A DNA stretch of 64,000 nt from Eledone cirrhosa (lineage: Eukaryota), in assembly GCA_964016885.1 (NCBI GenBank), contig OZ024740.1, positions 442,804,001 through 442,868,000 of the forward strand, read 5' to 3'. Positions 60,001 through 64,000 of this stretch are shown piece after piece; positions within the stretch are counted from its first letter, which is position 1; each line of letters opens with the position of its first letter. A program made the translations under genes and the position numbers. Below the pieces are notes generated by a model that was given only the letters and a program-made list of their open reading frames with translations, ran no database searches and was not told the DNA's origin.

Positions 60001-60545
60001 ACCCCGTTATATACCGAGTGTCTTCCTGACACCCAGGGCAAGTAAACTCCTTTATATATCAAGTGTCTTCCTGCCACCCAAGGCAAGTAAACTCCGTTAT
60101 ATACCGAGTGTCTTCCTGACACCCAGGGCAAGTAAACCCCGTTATATACCGAGTGTCTTCCTGACACCCAGGGCAAGTAAACCCCGTTATATACCGAGTG
60201 TCTTCCTGACACCCAGGGCAAGTAAACCCCGTTATATACCGAGTGTCTTCTTGACACCCAGGGCAAGTAAACCCCGTTATATACCGAGTGTCTTCCTGAC
60301 ACCCAGGGCAAGTAAATTCCTTTATATATCAAGTGTCCTCCTGACACCCAAGGCAAGTAAACTCCGTTATATACCGAGTGTCTTCCTGACACCCAGGGCA
60401 AGTAAACCCCGTTATATACCGAGTGTCTTCCTGAAACCCAGGGCCAGTAAACCCCGTTATATACCGAGTGTCTTCCTGAAACCCAGGGCAAGTAAACTCC
60501 GTTATATACCGTGTGTCTTCCTGACACCCAGGGCAAGTAAACTCC
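1..60545. repeat. 45-bp tandem satellite array, ~1345 head-to-tail monomers, with higher-order duplications
   Basis: Consensus AAACCCCGTTATATACCGAGTGTCTTCCTGACACCCAGGGCAAGT repeats continuously from base 1 to ...GGGCAAGTAAACTCC at 60545. Most monomers differ from consensus by 0-3 substitutions, with occasional 1-3 bp indels. No inversion or foreign insertion was seen. Confidence 0.99.
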
Positions 60546-60622
60546 CTGTATACACTGGTAAGCCACACACCAAATTGATTATAATTCACAGCTTAAAATA
60601 AAAATATGATCATTCTTTTTCT

Positions 60623-60810
60623 TTCTAGTATAGGCACAAGGCCAGTAATACTGTGGCTGGGAAAATCGATTAAATTGACCCCAGTGTATTACTGGTACTT
60701 TATTTCATCGAACCCGTGAGGATGAAAGGCAAAGATAACCTTGGCTGGATTTGAACTCAGAACGCAAAGGGCTATAACTCTATGCTGTAAAGCATGGTGT
60801 CTGACGCTCT
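60623..60810 (-). mobile_element. tRNA-derived SINE copy (octopus-type family, diverged)
   Basis: The minus strand has the B-box-like GTTCAAATCC (60747-60756), then TTTGCCTTTCATCC...GATGAAATAAAGTACCAG...ACTGGGGTCAATTTAATCGA...GGCCTTGTGCC. It is homologous to three other copies in the window. Family identity is from recall, not a database search. Confidence 0.75.
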
Positions 60811-60824
60811 ACCTATATTGCCAT

Positions 60825-60930
60825 GGGGTGGATAAAACAAAGTACCAGGAAAGCACTGGAGTCGATTTAATCGACTTTTCCCTTCACCCCGAAAATTGTT
60901 GGCCTTATACCTCAATCAGAAACCATTATT
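60825..60930 (+). mobile_element. 3' half of the same SINE family
   Basis: GGGGTGGATAAAACAAAGTACCAG...CACTGGAGTCGATTTAATCGACT...GGCCTTATACC aligns to the 3' part of the neighbouring copies. Confidence 0.7.
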
Positions 60931-61127
60931 GTTAGAGTGTCGGAATGGCTTTTATTACTGCAGTTACTCCATCTCTTTACGTTCTGAGTTCAAACCTCAC
61001 CGACGTGAACTTTGCCTTTTATCATTTCAGGGTCGACAAAGTAAAAGAACAGTCAAATATTGAGTTTGATTTAATCGACTTTCTCCTCTCTCAAGAATTG
61101 CTGGCCTTATGCCTAAATTAGAAATAG
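60931..61127 (+). mobile_element. tRNA-derived SINE copy (same family)
   Basis: CTTTACGTTCTGAGTTCAAACC (B-box-like, 60988-60996), then TTTGCCTTTTATCATTTCAGGGTCGAC...GATTTAATCGACT...TTGCTGGCCTTATGCC. Confidence 0.75.
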
Positions 61128-61350
61128 TTGTTGATTTTACTTGTTTATGTTTTTTGTCTGGATCTAGGGACTAAAGCTCTGACCTTCCTGCTCCGTGGAG
61201 ACTGGTCTAGTCTTTCAGATAAAATCATTATTACTACTTGTTTTGTACATCTTCAGATATAGGATTTCATCTACTTTGCCACATTCATTTATATACTTCA
61301 ATGTACGAAAGGCGTAGTGATACATCCAGTGGTACACACAGGCCCATAAA

Positions 61351-61361
61351 CCCCCCCCCCC

Positions 61362-61438
<77 letters not shown>
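61351..61438. repeat. C12 run followed by (AT)n microsatellite
   Basis: Read directly from the sequence. Confidence 0.97.
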
Positions 61439-61446
<8 letters not shown>

Positions 61447-61481
61447 TAATACTTCTACTGGCGCACACATGTCCATATATA

Positions 61482-61483
<2 letters not shown>

Positions 61484-61550
<67 letters not shown>
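61484..61550. repeat. (TA)n microsatellite
   Basis: Read directly from the sequence. Confidence 0.97.
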
Positions 61551-61555
<5 letters not shown>

Positions 61556-61557
<2 letters not shown>

Positions 61558-62062
61558 AACGGTAAACAGAAATAACAACACAATCGGTACAGCACATGGA
61601 AGGGATATATTAGGTTAACGCTTGATATATCAGGAAGAGGGTCTTAACGTTTCGGACGCTAGTGGAAATAAAGGGACAAGTGTTGCTGCGGGAACGGGAA
61701 CAAGGATGAGAACCGGGTGGAATCGTGGGAGAGAAGAAAAGGAACTGCGAACCAGGAGGTTGCGGAGGTTGCAGGCGCGCTTAAAAGCAGTGATGGGTCG
61801 GTTTGGAAAAAAGCGAGACGGGGTCAGAAGATAGGATACGGAAGGAACGGAAGATATGTCGCCGGAGTGGTAGGGTGATGGTGTAGTAGGTGAGAAGGAA
61901 AGGAACACGGGTGTTGGGAGGGCGGGGGTGAGGTGAGAGGGCTGTGGTGCGGTCTGTTTCACGGGTACGGATGAGAGCAGCTTGGATCAGGGTGGGGGAT
62001 ATCCACGCTGGATGAAGCAGCAAACCATGCGAAGGGAATGGGTTTCGAAATCGTCGTCCTGG
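61556..62062 (-). mobile_element. Penelope-like element remnant (Neptune-like), internally deleted, with 3' terminal-repeat tail
   Basis: A frameshifted RT-thumb/linker coding remnant joins directly at ~61663 to a terminal-repeat segment (61556-61663). That segment is the reverse complement of 62696-62803. Confidence 0.8.
61661..62062 (-). pseudogene. PLE reverse transcriptase C-terminal (thumb) and Cys-linker fragment, frameshifted
   Basis: Joining frames gives DDDFETHSLRMVCCFIQRGYP / LIQAALIR...RVPFLLTYY...IFRSFRILSSDP / FFPNRPITAFKRACNLRNLLVRS / GSHPCSRSRSNTCPFIST. This matches the PLE patterns F..RGYP, R.P..LTY, A.RR..NLR..LVRS and the PC.R.RC.TCP.I linker typical of Neptune-type elements. 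Confidence 0.8.
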
Positions 62063-62103
62063 CTACGGAGTCGACGACGACGGAGGAATTGGGAATAGGG
62101 TAT

Positions 62104-62266
62104 GAATCGACCCCGGTACTGAACTGGTACTTTTTCTATCAACCTCGAAAGGATGAAGGGCAAAGTTGACCTCGGCGGGATTTAAACTCAGAGCGGGCAA
62201 TGAGGTGGGACGAATACCGTATAGCCTTCTATCCGACGTCTTAGCGACTCTATAAATTCTTCGCCG
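62104..62266 (-). mobile_element. tRNA-derived SINE copy (same superfamily)
   Basis: The plus strand GAATCGACCCCGGTACTGAACTGGTACT...GAAAGGATGAAGGGCAAAGTTGACCTCGGCGGGATTTAAACTCAGA parallels 60666-60762. Confidence 0.75.
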
Positions 62267-62404
62267 TCCATAAACATATATACACATATGAATGATACTA
62301 CTGGCACCTATGGCCCCATACACGTGTATGTGCTTATAGAAACTGGCGCGCGTATACACTCTTAAAGAAAGACGTAAATGCGCACACGCTCACATGGATA
62401 TGCG

Positions 62405-62406
<2 letters not shown>

Positions 62407-62461
<55 letters not shown>

Positions 62462-62477
62462 CTCTCTCTCTCTCTCT
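62407..62477. repeat. (CT)n microsatellite
   Basis: Read directly, with one CCC interruption. Confidence 0.97.
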
Positions 62478-62493
62478 TATACAAACACTCGTG

Positions 62494-62589
62494 TATATAT
62501 ATATATAATATAATATACACAAAACAACCAACATATACCTCAAAATTTATATATATATATACATACATACATATATATATATAATATAT
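62494..62589. repeat. degenerate (TA)n/(TACA)n low-complexity tract
   Basis: Read directly from the sequence. Confidence 0.8.
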
Positions 62590-62803
62590 GTCAACATGAA
62601 TGGACCTGTTATTTTTATCTAAAGACATTTTTTCCAATTCTCAACTCGCCCGTCCCCTCAATCTATCTTATTTCTCATTCTTTCTCTGATGAAGGACTAG
62701 TGTTCGAAACGTTAAGACCCTTTTCCTGCTTTTACAGTGTTAACCTGATATATTCCTTCCATATACTGTACCGAATGTGTTGTTATTTTCTGTTTACCGT
62801 TTA
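62590..62803 (+). mobile_element. Terminal repeat (pLTR/3' UTR) of the Neptune-like PLE, inverted relative to the 61556-62062 remnant
   Basis: 62696-62803 (ACTAGTGTTCGAAACGTTAAGACCC...CTGTACCGAATGTGTTGTTATTTTCTGTTTACCGTTTA) is a diverged reverse complement of 61556-61663 and contains a hammerhead core. The left boundary is approximate. Confidence 0.7.
62683..62717 (+). ncRNA. Minimal type I hammerhead ribozyme-like motif
   Basis: TCT-CTGATGA-A-GGAC-TAGT-GTTC-GAAAC-GTTA-AGA has the CUGAnGA and GAAA cores, a 4-bp helix II, a palindromic AACGTT in place of helix III, and a short TCT/AGA helix I. Confidence 0.65.
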
Positions 62804-62890
62804 CCATATATATATTATATATATAGGGGTGGAACACTGGAAGGTAATATCCGTAGTGGTAGAGCACTCAGTCCAAGGGACGAGTTAGGT

Positions 62891-63107
62891 AGAAGTGGTT
62901 ACACAACAGTTAGTTCACCATACCGAGAACAATTGTTTCACCTTCGCGGATCTTCAGCTCGGGATGTGTATGTTTATAGGAACAGGAAAGACGACCGTAC
63001 GAACGCGCATGCGCAGAAACTCGGTCACTTCACACAGACAATACTAGACTGAGTGCGGGAGGTGTAAAGGAGATAACTGCGAAAGTCCAGAAAGTATTTA
63101 GGTTGAA
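62891..63107. repeat. Left arm of 217-bp inverted repeat (pLTR)
   Basis: Reverse complement of 63682-63898, with 10 mismatches and no indels by manual alignment (~95% identity). Confidence 0.95.
62923..62962 (-). ncRNA. Minimal type I hammerhead ribozyme
   Basis: The minus strand reads CCGAG-CTGAAGA-TCCGCGAAGGT-GAAA-CAATTG-TT-CTCGG. It has a 5-bp helix I, the conserved cores, a palindromic CAATTG helix III and a GUU cleavage triplet. Confidence 0.75.
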
Positions 63108-63146
63108 AATAAAAATTAAAAAAATTAAAAATAAAATTACAAAGAA

Positions 63147-63681
63147 TCAGTCCGGAGCCTTGTAGTTATGCAATAGATGTTTGGTGACGTGTGGACAACG
63201 TGTGAAAAATTCACTTCTTGTGTTTAGGCAATCACTATTGCGTAATCTCTTTAGGAAAGCTATTCGTTCGTCGATACATAAGCCACACGTCGGATTTCCC
63301 CTTGCGTATGGCTTGGACTTAGTGATGGCTTTCCATTGAATGGAGTAGCCTATACTTGAGTCCTTGAGGGACCATACGTGGCTCGCGACTTTTGTGGATG
63401 AACGTCTGTCCGGGTGTCTGAAGGTAGACTGGTGGTTCAGGAAACGATCCTTGAATCGGCCCTCCGCCATGCCCACATAAGATTTGACCTCCTGTCGTTC
63501 GTTTGGTCGGTTGGAAGTGACCACAGCTTCATAGATTACAGCTGGTGTGTTGCATTGCTGTTGAAGGGGGCATGCTTCAGGCTTACGGCAAGAGCACCCT
63601 GTTGGGGTGCTCCTAGGGATGCTGGTGAAGTGGGCCTTCATGTTCTTAGCGCAGGAGTATCCTAGTTTAACTTTGTGTCTG
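63147..63681 (-). pseudogene. PLE C-terminal GIY-YIG endonuclease domain (Naiad-like), 5'-truncated, frame still open
   Basis: Motifs in order: VKLGYSC..N, CSCRKPEACPLQQQC linker, VIY...SYVG (GIY-YIG), FKDRFLNH, WSLK...IQW, CGLCIDE and LNTRSEFFTRCPH. The RT is missing, and the ORF-track start codon lies in the inverted repeat arm. Confidence 0.88.
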
Positions 63682-63898
63682 TTCAACCTAAAAACTTTCC
63701 GGACTTTCGCAGTTATCTCCCTTACACCTCCCGCACGCAGTCTAGTATTGCCTGTGTGAAGTGACCGAGTTTCTGCGCATGCCCGTTCGTACGGTTGTCC
63801 TTCCTGTTCCTATAAACATACACATGCCGAGCTGAAGATCCGCGAAGGTGAAACAACTGTTCTCGGTATGGTGAACTAACTGTTGTGTAACCACTTCT
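63682..63898. repeat. Right arm of 217-bp inverted repeat (inverted pLTR copy)
   Basis: Reverse complement of 62891-63107. Confidence 0.95.
63827..63866 (+). ncRNA. Minimal hammerhead ribozyme copy in the inverted pLTR (helix III palindrome broken)
   Basis: CCGAG-CTGAAGA-TCCGCGAAGGT-GAAA-CAACTG-TT-CTCGG. Confidence 0.65.
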
Positions 63899-63909
63899 CT
63901 CTCTCTCTC

Positions 63910-64000
<91 letters not shown>
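63897..64000. repeat. Compound (CT)n(AT)n microsatellite running off the window end
   Basis: Read directly from the sequence. Confidence 0.97.

Larger units (their letters stand above)
62826..63898 (-). mobile_element. 5'-truncated Penelope-like element (Naiad-like) with inverted terminal repeat at its 5' junction
   Basis: A GIY-YIG ORF remnant is followed by a 3' UTR/pLTR with a hammerhead. A 217-bp inverted copy of the pLTR abuts the truncated 5' end. The 62826 boundary is inferred from the adjacent TA tract. Confidence 0.85.

Noticed and set aside
1-60545. CRISPR array (hairpin-containing repeat)
   Set aside because: There are no unique spacers and no cas genes, and the context is eukaryotic.
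1-60545. Satellite-encoded hammerhead ribozyme, as in newt, schistosome or cricket satellites
   Set aside because: The monomer has CTGACAC rather than CTGAnGA and lacks a correctly placed GAAA on either strand.
1-60601. Long repetitive ORFs (TPRASKPRYIPSVFL, YLPWVSGRHSVYNGV, TCPGCQEDTRYITGF repeats) as real proteins
   Set aside because: The period of 45 is divisible by 3, and three of six frames lack stops by construction. ORFs overlap on both strands. Frameshifting indels and stop-creating variants are freely amplified, and there is no unique N- or C-terminal domain.
61621-61640. Minus-strand TCTTCCTGA-TATATCAAG resembling two pieces of the satellite B monomer (satellite derived from the PLE)
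   Set aside because: These are only two non-contiguous 9-mers, and the sister pLTR copy at ~62720-62740 does not share them.
60741-63052. Short ORFs in the flank (YIYI, ERER and SLSL runs, and others)
   Set aside because: They are translations of microsatellites, SINEs or antisense PLE sequence.
62826-63149. Selenoprotein recoding or SECIS element, as reported for some Naiad PLEs
   Set aside because: There is no in-frame TGA at conserved Cys positions in the remnant. The TGA is at the expected C-terminus, and I could not identify a SECIS fold by eye.
62891-63898. DNA transposon or MITE with terminal inverted repeats
   Set aside because: The enclosed ORF is a PLE-type GIY-YIG endonuclease, not a transposase. 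The arms carry hammerheads, and no target-site duplication is evident.

Overview
This window is eukaryotic, essentially non-coding and dominated by repeats. Bases 1 to ~60545 (about 95%) are one uninterrupted head-to-tail satellite. Its 45-bp monomer (consensus AAACCCCGTTATATACCGAGTGTCTTCCTGACACCCAGGGCAAGT, 23/45 GC) occurs about 1345 times and continues beyond the left edge. The dozens of repetitive ORFs in the track are by-products of a 45-bp period with three stop-free frames; recurrent indels shift these frames. Shared variants show nested multi-kb duplications, with offsets of 1843 to 9980 bp, and regional variant layers. The array ends abruptly. The last ~3.4 kb hold four copies or fragments of a tRNA-derived SINE, which I recall as the type abundant in octopus genomes (host assignment is an inference). 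They also hold (AT)n/(CT)n microsatellites and two decayed Penelope-like retroelements (PLEs). One is Neptune-like (RT thumb and linker remnant) and the other Naiad-like (GIY-YIG endonuclease remnant). Each PLE has an inverted copy of its terminal repeat, and together they carry three minimal hammerhead-ribozyme motifs plus one truncated copy. I found no intact gene, CRISPR array or convincing new enzymatic system. The best leads are the satellite architecture and the ribozyme-bearing inverted PLE ends. All coordinates were read by eye, so internal block boundaries are approximate.
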